From NCBI GenBank assembly GCA_041690135.1, contig JAWLHY010000010.1:192001-256000 (forward strand): a DNA stretch of 64,000 bases. The letters are read 5' to 3'. Shown here piece after piece: positions 38,361-47,854 of this stretch (position 1 is its first letter; each line of letters opens with the position of its first letter). The notes under the pieces were generated by a model. That model ran no database searches and was not told where the DNA came from. It worked only from the letters and a program-made list of their open reading frames with translations. A program made the translations under genes and the position numbers. The DNA is from Armatimonadota bacterium (GTDB taxonomy: Bacteria; Armatimonadota; SYMT01).

Positions 38361-39638
38361 TCACGGCAGCGGCATCCACGACCGGGCGACATCGCCATCG
38401 GTCTTCTGGCCGGTGCCTGGAGTATAGGGTTTCCCGCCATTGTCGTCGCCATCCGGGCCGCGGCTGTAGATGAGGGTTCGCGGGCCTTCCCGGCGGTAAA
38501 CCAGCGGTTTCGGGGCGAAGGGATCGGCCGGAATCTCCGGTAGGTATCGTGGCACCAGGGCCTTCAGCGTGGAAGGTTCGCGCCCCTTCTCGTGACGGTA
38601 AAGCCGGACGGCCAGACGGGTCTCAAGGATCGCCATCTGAGCATCCCGGAAATCCCAGTTTTCGAACTCGCTACCGATGATAGCGCTAGGAAGCAAGAGT
38701 TGGTTGACCGGGTCCGGCGGCACCTGCGGCATCGACTTCCGTTCATGGAACGGAAGTCTGCGCCGGGCAGCGAGTTCATCCATATAAGCTCGCCAATGGG
38801 AAAGGACCCTTGGTCGTGGGGTGAGCCGCAGCTTCCACCGATGCACATCGGTTACCTCTTCCGGTCTGCCGCTTGTCCACTCCGCCATTAGCTTGAGGGG
38901 GTCGGATTGCAGCAGCAATTTACGGAGGCGGTCCGTACCCAATTCCTTCTCGTCCAGCACGGCCTCCGCGGAACTGGTGAACTCTTTCTCGAGTTTCCGT
39001 AGATCACGAAGGAGGCTTCCGGCGAGTGCCGGCTCCAACCGATCCGCGATGAGAAGAAGTCCATCCAGGGCATGCAACTCCGTGTCCACGATCTCGAACA
39101 GTCCTGCTCCCCGCCTTACCGCCATCCCGAACCGGAGTGCGTCCAGGTAGTGTCGCACGGCCGCGGCATAATGACCTTGCTGTGCCTCAACGTAGCCCTC
39201 GGCAGCCAGTAATCGGCCGAGGGCGTAAAAAGAGTGGCCGACGGTGTGCGGTCGCCGGTACGTGCTGCCGAAGGGAACCCGGCACTCCATCCGCAGACCG
39301 GTGCGGACCTGGTCAAGTGCGCCGTGATAGGTGGAGAGCAGTCGCCGCACCTCCTTGGATCGCAGCGGCTTAAGGCTCGTAATGATCTGAACTCGGTCGT
39401 CGGGGTCGAGCTTCTCCCCGGCAGCGACAAATTGATCGTAACCGTTGGGCGTGGGAGACCAGGTGGATTGAGGTGGAGTGTAGGCCGGGACCTGGGCGGC
39501 CCACTTCAGGTAGATGGGAATACCGATGAGGGGTGGGAGAAAGGTGAGTGCCAGGGCGACCCACACCAGCTTCCACGCGCTGATGCCCCCACCCTGTACC
39601 CTTGCTTCCTGCTCTGCCGTTGTTGCCGCTTCCGCCAA
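38361..39638 (-). CDS. membrane-anchored helical hypothetical protein with GspG-like C-terminal motif
   Basis: One TM helix; C-terminal PSTLKALVPRYLPEIPADPF...YSRGPDGDDNGG; start (TTG 39638) uncertain. Confidence 0.75.
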   Translation of the reverse strand: MAEAATTAEQEARVQGGGISAWKLVWVALALTFLPPLIGIPIYLKWAAQVPAYTPPQSTWSPTPNGYDQFVAAGEKLDPDDRVQIITSLKPLRSKEVRRLLSTYHGALDQVRTGLRMECRVPFGSTYRRPHTVGHSFYALGRLLAAEGYVEAQQGHYAAAVRHYLDALRFGMAVRRGAGLFEIVDTELHALDGLLLIADRLEPALAGSLLRDLRKLEKEFTSSAEAVLDEKELGTDRLRKLLLQSDPLKLMAEWTSGRPEEVTDVHRWKLRLTPRPRVLSHWRAYMDELAARRRLPFHERKSMPQVPPDPVNQLLLPSAIIGSEFENWDFRDAQMAILETRLAVRLYRHEKGREPSTLKALVPRYLPEIPADPFAPKPLVYRREGPRTLIYSRGPDGDDNGGKPYTPGTGQKTDGDVARSWMPLP

Positions 39639-39778
39639 AGACTGCCTTCCCAATCCGTCACGCTCCAGAGTTAGTCTATGCGAGTGCGTGCGCGGATGCC
39701 CCAGCGAAACTTCCGCATCCGGATAACACCAGGCCGCGCGCCTCATCGAGTCAGAAGAGGGCCGAGCGTCATTGCGAA

Positions 39779-40080
39779 GCCGGCTACACCGCACTTTGTA
39801 CAGTGAAGCTGCCGATGCCCACCCTTCAGGCGTGGTTCTCACGTCGCCGCTGTGCCGGCTGTGGCAATCCCCCTGGTGAATGGCTCGGGCTGTTGAATAC
39901 GGGGTTTCCGGCGGTGAACACGGCGCCCGACCTGGGCGGTGCAGAAGCCCGTGGCATCTATACTTTGGCAGGAGACTACCGCAACCATATGAACACGGCT
40001 GCCCTGACCAGGGGGCCTGCCACGTCGGGTGACGAGGCGGAGGTTCAGAGCGTCAGTGCTTCGGCAGTGCGGCGGCCGGC
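39779..40080 (+). ncRNA. candidate rod-like structured RNA, family unassigned (6S-like fold possible)
   Basis: Nested stems including CCCCCTGGT/ACCAGGGGG, GTGGCA/TGCCAC and CCGCACT/AGTGCGG; G-U pairs favour the plus strand. Confidence 0.35.
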
Positions 40081-40102
40081 AGTCTGTGAAGTCGGTTGGG
40101 TT

Positions 40103-42721
40103 TTACCCCTCCTCGCAGAGACGCTCTGGAGTTGGCCATTGTGTCGCTGATTTGCGCGTGGGAGTGATCCAAGGGAACACGGCCCAGGCGATGAGGTAGC
40201 AGCCGGCGCCGATCAGCAGGGCGGTGCCGTAGCCGCTGAACTTGGCGATGGCCATGGTGGCCACCGAGCCCAGGATGCTGGTGACGCCATTGACGCTCCA
40301 GTAGGCCGGGATCATCCGCGCGGAAGCACCCGTGAGGCAGCGCAGGGCCGTGGGGAACGCCATCCCCATGAGGAAGCCCGCTGGGGCCAGGAGGAACATC
40401 GTAGCGGCGATCCGGATGGGCAAAGAGAAGGGCAGTAGCGCTTCCAGGACCGGCGGCAGCACGAACCGGTAAAGGACCAGTAGACCCACCAGCAGCGGCA
40501 ACATCCGCCGGAGCCGAACGCCGGCGTCGGCCGGGGCGCCTCGCTGGGTCATCCGGCTCCCCAGAGCACTGGAGACGAGGAGCGCAAAGAGGGTGACGCT
40601 GAGGGAGCGGGTCGGGAAACCCAGCAGCAGGATGAACCGCTGCATCAACGCCAGTTCCACGAGCATGAAGCCCGCGCCCAGCATACTGAAGTAAGCCAGG
40701 GCGGATACGGTTGAGCTAAGAGGACTGCCGGGTTGGAAGGTTGGAAGGTTGCAAGGTTGGAAGGTTGGGGCCGAAGGGTCCGCGAACGCATGGTCGGATG
40801 GGTCGGCCGGAGGTTGGCTGGCAACAGCGGGTTCCACTCTGGGCGCGCTCTCGGCGGGAGAGGGCGAGAGATCCCGGTGGCGCTCGCGGAGGGCGGTGAC
40901 GAAAACCAGGACCAGGACGATTGCCGTCGCCGCCGCGGAGCCCTGAAGGAGTTGGAGCAGGCTCGGATGGAGACCGCGGGAGATGTCCACGTAGAACGGG
41001 CTGTCGTCCGTCACGGCGGCGAGGTGCGCCGGTACCGTCTTCCCGTTCTGTGGATCATTCAGATCCTCGGGAACGGGGTACTGGGCTTCCATCTTCGCCT
41101 GCACGCCCTTCAGGTCGCCAGGGTTGTCGATGCGTGCCCCTCCGGCCGCATAGGGGCGGGTATCCGGCACGTACAGCGGTTCCAGACCGTTCGCCTGGAT
41201 GGCATTCATCACCGGCACGAGGCGGGGGGTTTTCCAGGGTTGCCGGGAAAGCGTCAGGATGTGGCGATAGGGCCCAAATCCGAACTGCTCCTGCGGCACC
41301 CGGGCCATCACCAGGTGGTCGGCCGCTTCCGCCGGCGGAATGCCCTCCTGTCCCAGGGCGGTAATCGCCGTGAGCCAGAGGCGGTCGGTGACGTGCGCTT
41401 CCTGCGTCACCAGGGCCAGCATCCCGTCGTCCGCCAGGTGCCTCCAGTAGTCGCGGAAGGCCTCGACCGTGTAGAGATGGTTGTCCAGCAGGGCTACGCC
41501 ACTCGTTTGCGTCGTCGCGGTCTTGGCGCAGGCGAAGTAGATGAGGTCGTATTTTCCGGCCCGCTGTAGGAAGCTTCGGCCCTCATCCACGACCAGGCTC
41601 ACGCCGGGCTCCTGGTAAACGCGCGCGTAGGTCTCCTGGAACCGCGGATCGCGCACGATCGCCGGAATCGAGGGGTTGATCTCCACGGCATCGATCGTCT
41701 TCGCGCCGGCAGCCCGCGCCAGGAGCACGTCCAGGCCGCCCCCGGAACCGATCGCCATCACGCGCTCTGGGGCCTTCTCCCGCAGCCGGTAAGGAAGCGT
41801 GCCGATGAACCGGCCGTAGGTCCGGCGCGCCGAGTCGTAGCTGCCATCCCACGCTTCCATTTGTGTCGGCACGTCGCCGTCCGTGTAGATGTAGTAGACC
41901 TGCTGGCTCGGATCGTAGACGACATCCGTGCGCGAGACGGCCGTCCAATCGGTGCGGACGATGCGAGAGCCGGCAAACGGATCCCCGAGCTCCACGAAGA
42001 GCGGCTTGGTGATGGTGTGCCAGCGGTGCGTGCGGTCGTTGAGGGCCTCAATCGGGGCCTTCATGGGCGGGAGGTCGATCCACCGAGAGGTGAGATTGGT
42101 TCCCAGCACAGCGGCGAGCAACAGGGCCGCCAACGCGGGTATCACGGTCCAGCGCTTCAGGTCGGCGCGGAAGGCGATAGCGAGTCCCGCTACGGCCGTG
42201 GCGAGAGCCAGCACGAGGGGGGTATTGACGGCGCCGAGGGCGTTCAACAGAAGCACGGCGGCGGGTGCCGCGAGTGCCGCAGCGGCGAGATCGACGAAGT
42301 AGAGAAAGCCCCCAGACTGCGAGTACCAGCGGAAGATGAGGGAGAGGAGCGCGCCCGCGATGCAGAAGGTGACCATCGGCACCGCCACCACCACGCCGGT
42401 CTCCGCTCCCGCCACCAGGCCTCGTCCCCACGGACTGGCAAAGAGCAGCAGTGTCGGCGCGGCGAGGGCGAGAGCCAACGCCACGCAGAGCCCCGCGATC
42501 CAGTGCCGCAGCCGTGCCTCCGCCGGCCGGACCCACTGCACGAGCAAGCCGCCCAGGCCGAGCCCGCCGATGGCCCCGGAGACGATCAGGAAGACGTAAG
42601 GCGCGCGGAAGAGCACGGAGAAGACGCGGCTCAGCGCGACTTCCGCGGCGAGGATGCTGAACGAGACCAGCGCAACGGCGACCACGGCCTCCAGCGGGGG
42701 GTGTTGGGATTTCTGCTCCAT
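40103..42721 (-). CDS. membrane protein with a spermidine-synthase-like SAM-dependent domain
   Basis: N- and C-terminal TM bundles flanking AIGSGGGLDV...VEINP...DEGRSF...LYTVEAF. Confidence 0.85.
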   Translation of the reverse strand: MEQKSQHPPLEAVVAVALVSFSILAAEVALSRVFSVLFRAPYVFLIVSGAIGGLGLGGLLVQWVRPAEARLRHWIAGLCVALALALAAPTLLLFASPWGRGLVAGAETGVVVAVPMVTFCIAGALLSLIFRWYSQSGGFLYFVDLAAAALAAPAAVLLLNALGAVNTPLVLALATAVAGLAIAFRADLKRWTVIPALAALLLAAVLGTNLTSRWIDLPPMKAPIEALNDRTHRWHTITKPLFVELGDPFAGSRIVRTDWTAVSRTDVVYDPSQQVYYIYTDGDVPTQMEAWDGSYDSARRTYGRFIGTLPYRLREKAPERVMAIGSGGGLDVLLARAAGAKTIDAVEINPSIPAIVRDPRFQETYARVYQEPGVSLVVDEGRSFLQRAGKYDLIYFACAKTATTQTSGVALLDNHLYTVEAFRDYWRHLADDGMLALVTQEAHVTDRLWLTAITALGQEGIPPAEAADHLVMARVPQEQFGFGPYRHILTLSRQPWKTPRLVPVMNAIQANGLEPLYVPDTRPYAAGGARIDNPGDLKGVQAKMEAQYPVPEDLNDPQNGKTVPAHLAAVTDDSPFYVDISRGLHPSLLQLLQGSAAATAIVLVLVFVTALRERHRDLSPSPAESAPRVEPAVASQPPADPSDHAFADPSAPTFQPCNLPTFQPGSPLSSTVSALAYFSMLGAGFMLVELALMQRFILLLGFPTRSLSVTLFALLVSSALGSRMTQRGAPADAGVRLRRMLPLLVGLLVLYRFVLPPVLEALLPFSLPIRIAATMFLLAPAGFLMGMAFPTALRCLTGASARMIPAYWSVNGVTSILGSVATMAIAKFSGYGTALLIGAGCYLIAWAVFPWITPTRKSATQWPTPERLCEEG

Positions 42722-42798
42722 CGATGGTTGCGGGAAGTAGGGATCGGCGACAGAGCTTAATACGCGCCCCGGTGAGGGAGGCACCTCCTGGCAATGCG

Positions 42799-43785
42799 TC
42801 AGAAGATACCCGCTTTGGCAATGTCCTTGAGATTCAGCACCCCGGCCGGCCGGTCCTGCTCGTCGAGGACGGGGAGCTCGCCGCACGCCGGCGGCTGCTC
42901 CATCAGCGCCAGTGCTTCCGTGACCAGCCGATCGGGGGTGGTGTGGCGTGGGTGAGTATTGAGTGCCTCGGAAACCGGCCAGTCGAAGGCGCCTTTGTCC
43001 CGCAGCAGCAAGCGGCGGATATCGCCATCGGTCAACAGGCCCGCGAAGCGCCCCTCCCCATCGACGGCGAACACGCAGCCGGCCTGCGCGCGGGTAATGG
43101 CGAACAGGGCATCCTGGATCGTTGCGCCCGGCGAGCAGAGGGCCATGCGATCCCCGGTGCGCATCAGGTCACCCACGCGGAGGAGCAAACGACGACCCAG
43201 CGAACCAGCCGGATGGAAGAGGGCGTAATCCTCGTGGCTGAAGCGCCGGGCCCGCATGGCCGCGACCGCCAGCGCATCCAGGAGAGCCAGCATCGTGGTG
43301 GTGGAAGTAGTCGGTGCCAGGTTCAGGGGGCACGCCTCCCGACTGACGGAGACGTCCAGGGTCGCATCCGCGCTCTCCGCCAGGGTGGAGCGGACGTTGC
43401 CGGTTACCGCCACCAGCACGACCCCCAGGCGCTTCAGGACCGGCAGGACAGCCAGGATCTCATCCGTTTCGCCGCTGTAGGAAAGCGCGATGACAACGTC
43501 GTCCGGAGTCACCATGCCGAGGTCGCCATGCACCCCCTCGGCGGGATGCAGGTAAAACGACGGGGTCCCGGTGCTGGCGAGCGTCGCCGCCCCTTTGCGG
43601 GCCACGGCCCCCGATTTGCCCATCCCCGTGACCACGACTCGGCCGCGGCATTCCACCATCCACTCGACGACGCGGACGAAGTCATCCCCCAGGCGGGATG
43701 CCAGGGCACGGACGGCATCCGCTTCCTGGATCAAGACGTCACGCGCGGTGTCGAGTAGCTCTTCCCGGGAAACCTTGCCGGACAT
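42799..43785 (-). CDS. kdsD: arabinose-5-phosphate isomerase (KpsF/GutQ family)
   Basis: TGMGKSG, HPAEGVHGDLG, APTTSTT, HPAGSLG; CBS pair. Confidence 0.95.
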   Translation of the reverse strand: MSGKVSREELLDTARDVLIQEADAVRALASRLGDDFVRVVEWMVECRGRVVVTGMGKSGAVARKGAATLASTGTPSFYLHPAEGVHGDLGMVTPDDVVIALSYSGETDEILAVLPVLKRLGVVLVAVTGNVRSTLAESADATLDVSVSREACPLNLAPTTSTTTMLALLDALAVAAMRARRFSHEDYALFHPAGSLGRRLLLRVGDLMRTGDRMALCSPGATIQDALFAITRAQAGCVFAVDGEGRFAGLLTDGDIRRLLLRDKGAFDWPVSEALNTHPRHTTPDRLVTEALALMEQPPACGELPVLDEQDRPAGVLNLKDIAKAGIF

Positions 43786-43793
43786 TTGGCCCC

Positions 43794-44621
43794 CTACCCT
43801 GCCGGCCGGTTGACGACCGCATGCAACTCGGCTAATTGCGCAAGCAGCGCCTGTGCCTCGGGAATCGCCAACTGGGCTGCCGCGTCACTCCGCGCTTCGG
43901 ACGGGTTGGGATGCACCTCCAGGAAGAGCGCGTCGACTCCTACCGCAACCGCGGCGCGTGCCAGGTGGGGAGCAAACTCGCGGGTGGCGCCGGAGCTGGT
44001 CCCCTGCCCGCCCGGCTGCTGGAGGCTGTGGGTGACATCGTAACAAACGGGGTGACCCAGCGTCCGCATTTGCGGAAGACTGCGGAAGTCCACGACCAGG
44101 GTGTTGTAGCCAAAGCTGGCGCCCCTCTCCGTAAGCAGGATCTGCTCGCAGCCGCTTTCCCGCAGCTTGCCGACGACCTGCGTCATGTCCCAGGGCGCCA
44201 TGAACTGCGCCTTCTTCACGTTGATGGGAAGACCGGTGCGGGCACCCGCCGCGAGGAGGTCCGTCTGCCGGGCCAAGAAGGCCGGAACCTGGAGGATATC
44301 GACCACCTCGGCCAGGGGAGCGGCCTGATGGGATTCATGGAAATCGGTGAGGACGGGGACCCCCAGCTTCTGCTTCACCGACGCCAGGATCTCGCAGCCG
44401 CGCTCCAGGCCGGGGCCACGGTAGGAGTGGATGCTCGTACGGTTCGCCTTATCGAAGCTGGCTTTGAAGATGTAGCCCAGGCCCAACTGCTCGCAGGTCG
44501 CCTTGAGCGCCGCTCCCACTTCGAGGCAGCACTCCTCGGACTCAATCACGCACGGTCCGGAGATCACACACAACGTGCCTGTTCCGATCCGCACCGGCCC
44601 GACTTCGAAACTCTTGATCAT
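43794..44621 (-). CDS. kdsA: KDO 8-phosphate synthase
   Basis: GPCVIES, KASFDKANRTS, PAFLARQTDL, THSLQQPG motifs. Confidence 0.97.
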   Translation of the reverse strand: MIKSFEVGPVRIGTGTLCVISGPCVIESEECCLEVGAALKATCEQLGLGYIFKASFDKANRTSIHSYRGPGLERGCEILASVKQKLGVPVLTDFHESHQAAPLAEVVDILQVPAFLARQTDLLAAGARTGLPINVKKAQFMAPWDMTQVVGKLRESGCEQILLTERGASFGYNTLVVDFRSLPQMRTLGHPVCYDVTHSLQQPGGQGTSSGATREFAPHLARAAVAVGVDALFLEVHPNPSEARSDAAAQLAIPEAQALLAQLAELHAVVNRPAG

Positions 44622-44678
44622 TCGCTCTTCCTACTTAGGGACTGCCAAACAGTAACCGCTACATTTGGGCGAGTGACG

Positions 44679-44742
44679 ACCCACTAGTGGGTGCCCCGGC
44701 TACACACGGCTAAGCCCGTACGGGCTGGGAACCACATAGCCG
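44679..44742 (-). repeat. REP-like palindromic element
   Basis: Perfect palindrome AGCCCGTACGGGCT (44713-44726), GTAGCC on the minus strand and ACCCACTAGTGGGT palindrome. Confidence 0.55.
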
Positions 44743-44760
44743 TTATTCTTTGACGACTCC

Positions 44761-45390
44761 TTAGCCCACGGCAAGGACTGCGTCCACATCAACCCCGAAC
44801 CCCGGTAACAGTTGGGAGACTGCCCGGTCGCCGGCGGCATACTCCCCCGCCACTTCGTAGGCGGTGGCATCCGGGTTCAGCGCCAGGACGGTGATCTGTT
44901 TCCGCTCCGGATCGACTATCCAGTATTCCGCGATACCGCCGCGCGCGTATTCCTCACGCTTCGTAACGATGTCTCGGTCGCGGCCCCGGGGGCTCACGAT
45001 CTCCATCGCCAGGTCCGCTCCTTCCCAGAACCGCTCACCGCGCTTTCCAGAATTCTCAGCCCGCAAGAAAACCAGGTCCGGCTGTCGCAGCTTCCCCTCC
45101 CACAACCGGACAGGGATACCGGCCATCAATACCAGCCCGGCGGCCTCCGCTTCGACGTAGGCGAACAGCAACCGGTAAAGAAAACCCAGGATCAGTTGGT
45201 GCTGTTCGGTAGGCATCGGCAGCAGTTCCAGACAGCCCTCGGAAAGCTCGGCTCGACTGTCATCGGGCAGGAGCAGGTAATCCGCTTCGGTCCATTGACC
45301 GCGCGGCGGGAACAGATGCGCCACGTTCCATTCAGGCTCGTCCGCGTTATCCCCTGGGGGCGGATGATGGGAATGGTAGACGGTTTCCAT
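44761..45390 (-). CDS. Uma2 family endonuclease
   Basis: ELSEG, QPDL, EIVSP, KREEYARGGIAEYWIVDP motifs. Confidence 0.93.
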   Translation of the reverse strand: METVYHSHHPPPGDNADEPEWNVAHLFPPRGQWTEADYLLLPDDSRAELSEGCLELLPMPTEQHQLILGFLYRLLFAYVEAEAAGLVLMAGIPVRLWEGKLRQPDLVFLRAENSGKRGERFWEGADLAMEIVSPRGRDRDIVTKREEYARGGIAEYWIVDPERKQITVLALNPDATAYEVAGEYAAGDRAVSQLLPGFGVDVDAVLAVG

Positions 45391-45408
45391 ACTGCCTCCG
45401 GAACCGGG

Positions 45409-46146
45409 TCAACCTGGGGTCGCGTTGTCCTGGAAGAGGGCTTCCACCCGCTCCAGGTCCTCGGGCGTGTCGACGCTCACGGCATCATGTTCTACGGTCA
45501 CCACGAGAATCCGGTGTCCGTTCTCGAGCACCCGGAGTTGCTCGAGGCACTCCGCCTGTTCCAGCGGGGTGGGCTGGAGCGCGGCGTACTGCTGCAGGAA
45601 GGACTTCCGGTAAGCGTAGAGCCCCAGGTGCTTATAATGCTCGCCCGCGTCCCCCGAGCGGTAATAGGGGAGCGGCAGCCGGGAAAAGTAGAGGGCGTAT
45701 CCTTCCCGGTCGCACACCACCTTCACGACGCCCGGATCGGCTACGTCGCGCGGGTCGAGAATACGGACGCGTGCCGTGGACATCAGCAGGTCGGCGCTAT
45801 CGGCAAAGGGCGATACCACCGCGTCGATTTCGGCGGGATCGAGTAGTGGCTCATCCCCCTGGACGTTCACCACCACATCGGCCTCCAGTGCGGACGCCGC
45901 TTCGGCGATGCGGTCGGTGCCGGAGGGGTGATCGGACCGCGTCATCACGACCAGCCCGCCGAAAGCCCGCACCGCGTCGAAGATCCTCTGGTCGTCGGTT
46001 GCTACCCACACTCCCTGGAGCGACTGGGCCAGCGACGCGCGCCGGTAAACGTGCTCGATCATCGTCTTGCCGGCGATCTCGACCAACGGCTTACCGGGGA
46101 AACGGCTCGATGCATAGCGGGCCGGGATGATGGCAATGGCTTTCAT
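45409..46146 (-). CDS. kdsB: CMP-KDO synthetase
   Basis: IIPARYASSRFPGKPL, SGTDR, NVQGDEP, LEQLR motifs. Confidence 0.97.
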   Translation of the reverse strand: MKAIAIIPARYASSRFPGKPLVEIAGKTMIEHVYRRASLAQSLQGVWVATDDQRIFDAVRAFGGLVVMTRSDHPSGTDRIAEAASALEADVVVNVQGDEPLLDPAEIDAVVSPFADSADLLMSTARVRILDPRDVADPGVVKVVCDREGYALYFSRLPLPYYRSGDAGEHYKHLGLYAYRKSFLQQYAALQPTPLEQAECLEQLRVLENGHRILVVTVEHDAVSVDTPEDLERVEALFQDNATPG

Positions 46147-46155
46147 CGGCGGAGC

Positions 46156-46638
46156 TCAAGAGGAAGCATTCAGCGAGCGGACGCGAGCAACAATATCGGT
46201 CGTGGAACGGCCGGGAACGAGCGGCATGATCAGCACCTCGCCGCCGCACTCCCGCACCACCGCGGCCTCGGGTAGATCCTCGGCCCGGTAGTCGCCGCCT
46301 TTGACGTGGACGTGGGGCCGTAGCGCCGCGATAGCTTCGCTGGGAAGCGGCTCATCGAAAAGGGTGACGTAATCCACGCAAGCGAGGGCAGCGAGCATCT
46401 CGCATCTTTCCTCTTCAGGGACGATCGGACGGGTGGGTCCCTTCAACCGCCGGACCCCGGCATCGGTGTTCACCCCGACTACCAGCACATCACCCGCGGC
46501 GCGCGCATCCTGAAGATAGCGCACGTGTCCGACGTGCAGGATGTCGAAGCAGCCATTCGTAAAGACCACCCGCTTCCCTTCCGCCCGGAGACGCTCGCCC
46601 AACGCTGCCAGATCCTTCCTGGAAACCAGCTTGTCCAA
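46156..46638 (-). CDS. rfaE2: heptose 1-phosphate adenylyltransferase (RfaE domain II)
   Basis: FTNGCFDILHVGH, KGPTRP, KGGDY, STT motifs. Confidence 0.93.
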   Translation of the reverse strand: MDKLVSRKDLAALGERLRAEGKRVVFTNGCFDILHVGHVRYLQDARAAGDVLVVGVNTDAGVRRLKGPTRPIVPEEERCEMLAALACVDYVTLFDEPLPSEAIAALRPHVHVKGGDYRAEDLPEAAVVRECGGEVLIMPLVPGRSTTDIVARVRSLNASS

Positions 46639-46666
46639 AATTATCCTCGTCCCATCTCCCAGTGAT

Positions 46667-47854
46667 CTATCCGAGCGTAGCGGGCGCCTCTCCGCGCGTC
46701 ACGGCCGTGTAGAGCGCCTCGTACCGGCCGACCGTACCGCTCAAGCTGAAGGTGGTCTCGATATGCCTTCGAGCGGCCTTCCCCATCCGCGCTCGCAAGT
46801 CGCCGTCGGCAAGGAGGGCCGCCAGCGCGCCAACGGCGGCCGGTTCATCATCGGGTGGGATGGCGACGCCGGATACTCCGGAGTTGATGAGCTCGCGGGT
46901 GCCCGAAACCTCCGTCACCACGCAGGGCAGGCCACATGCCATCGCTTCCTGCACCGCGCAAGAGAGCCCTTCACGAAGAGACGGCAGCGTAAAGATATCG
47001 CAAGCCTGGAGGTACCGGACCACCTGCTGAGGCTTGACGCGTCCGAGGAAGCGAATGCGATCGGAAATCGGTAGGGAATGCGCGAGAGCTTCCAGGGAAG
47101 GCCGGTGCTCCCCCTCCCCCAGGATCCAGAGATTCGCGTATGGATGCTGGTCCGAAACCGCGTGGAACGCCCGAATCAGCAGATCGATCCGCTTGTGCGG
47201 CACCAACCGGCAGGCGGTGGCGATGACCCTTTCGTCCGCTCCAATGCCCAACTCGCAACGGAGCCTCGCGCGTTCATCCGGTGAGGCGGGCCGGAACTGC
47301 TCTGTATCCACGCCATTGGGAAGCATCACGATGCGGGCGGGATCGATCCCGAAGCCGAGCAAATCCTCCCGAATCTGCTCACTCAGGCTGACCCAACAGT
47401 CCGGCGGGTGCCAGCAGGTACGCAGTGCGCGGGTGAGGGCGTGGGGGAGCTTGCCCGCGAGCCGGCGCGCGCCGGACAGGCGGGATCCGGGGCCCGACAC
47501 GCACGGCTGGGCGATCAACGGTTTGCCGAGCCGGCGCCGCGCCGCACACGCGGCAAGGAACTCCGGGCCCAGGCCATACACGTGGATTAGGTCGTAACTG
47601 TCGGCGGTGGTCAGCAGGTGCCGATAGATGACCCGGGCGAAGTCCCACTGATTGCGGGCGGGTAGGAACTCGCAGGAGAAGCCTGCGGCCCAGGCGGAGA
47701 GATCTTTCCCCCGGGGCGGTTGGTGGCAAAGCATGGTCACCGGCAGCCCGCGAGACGTGAGGTGTGCGCAAACCCGTCGCGACTGCACCTGGATTCCCCC
47801 GATGCCCGCCAGGCGTTTGACCACCACCCGAACGCGAGGACTTTCAGTGGACAC
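46667..47854 (-). CDS. glycosyltransferase family 4
   Basis: PNGVD, RLVPHKR, PSLREGLSCAVQEAMACG; start refined to GTG 47854. Confidence 0.9.
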   Translation of the reverse strand: MSTESPRVRVVVKRLAGIGGIQVQSRRVCAHLTSRGLPVTMLCHQPPRGKDLSAWAAGFSCEFLPARNQWDFARVIYRHLLTTADSYDLIHVYGLGPEFLAACAARRRLGKPLIAQPCVSGPGSRLSGARRLAGKLPHALTRALRTCWHPPDCWVSLSEQIREDLLGFGIDPARIVMLPNGVDTEQFRPASPDERARLRCELGIGADERVIATACRLVPHKRIDLLIRAFHAVSDQHPYANLWILGEGEHRPSLEALAHSLPISDRIRFLGRVKPQQVVRYLQACDIFTLPSLREGLSCAVQEAMACGLPCVVTEVSGTRELINSGVSGVAIPPDDEPAAVGALAALLADGDLRARMGKAARRHIETTFSLSGTVGRYEALYTAVTRGEAPATLG

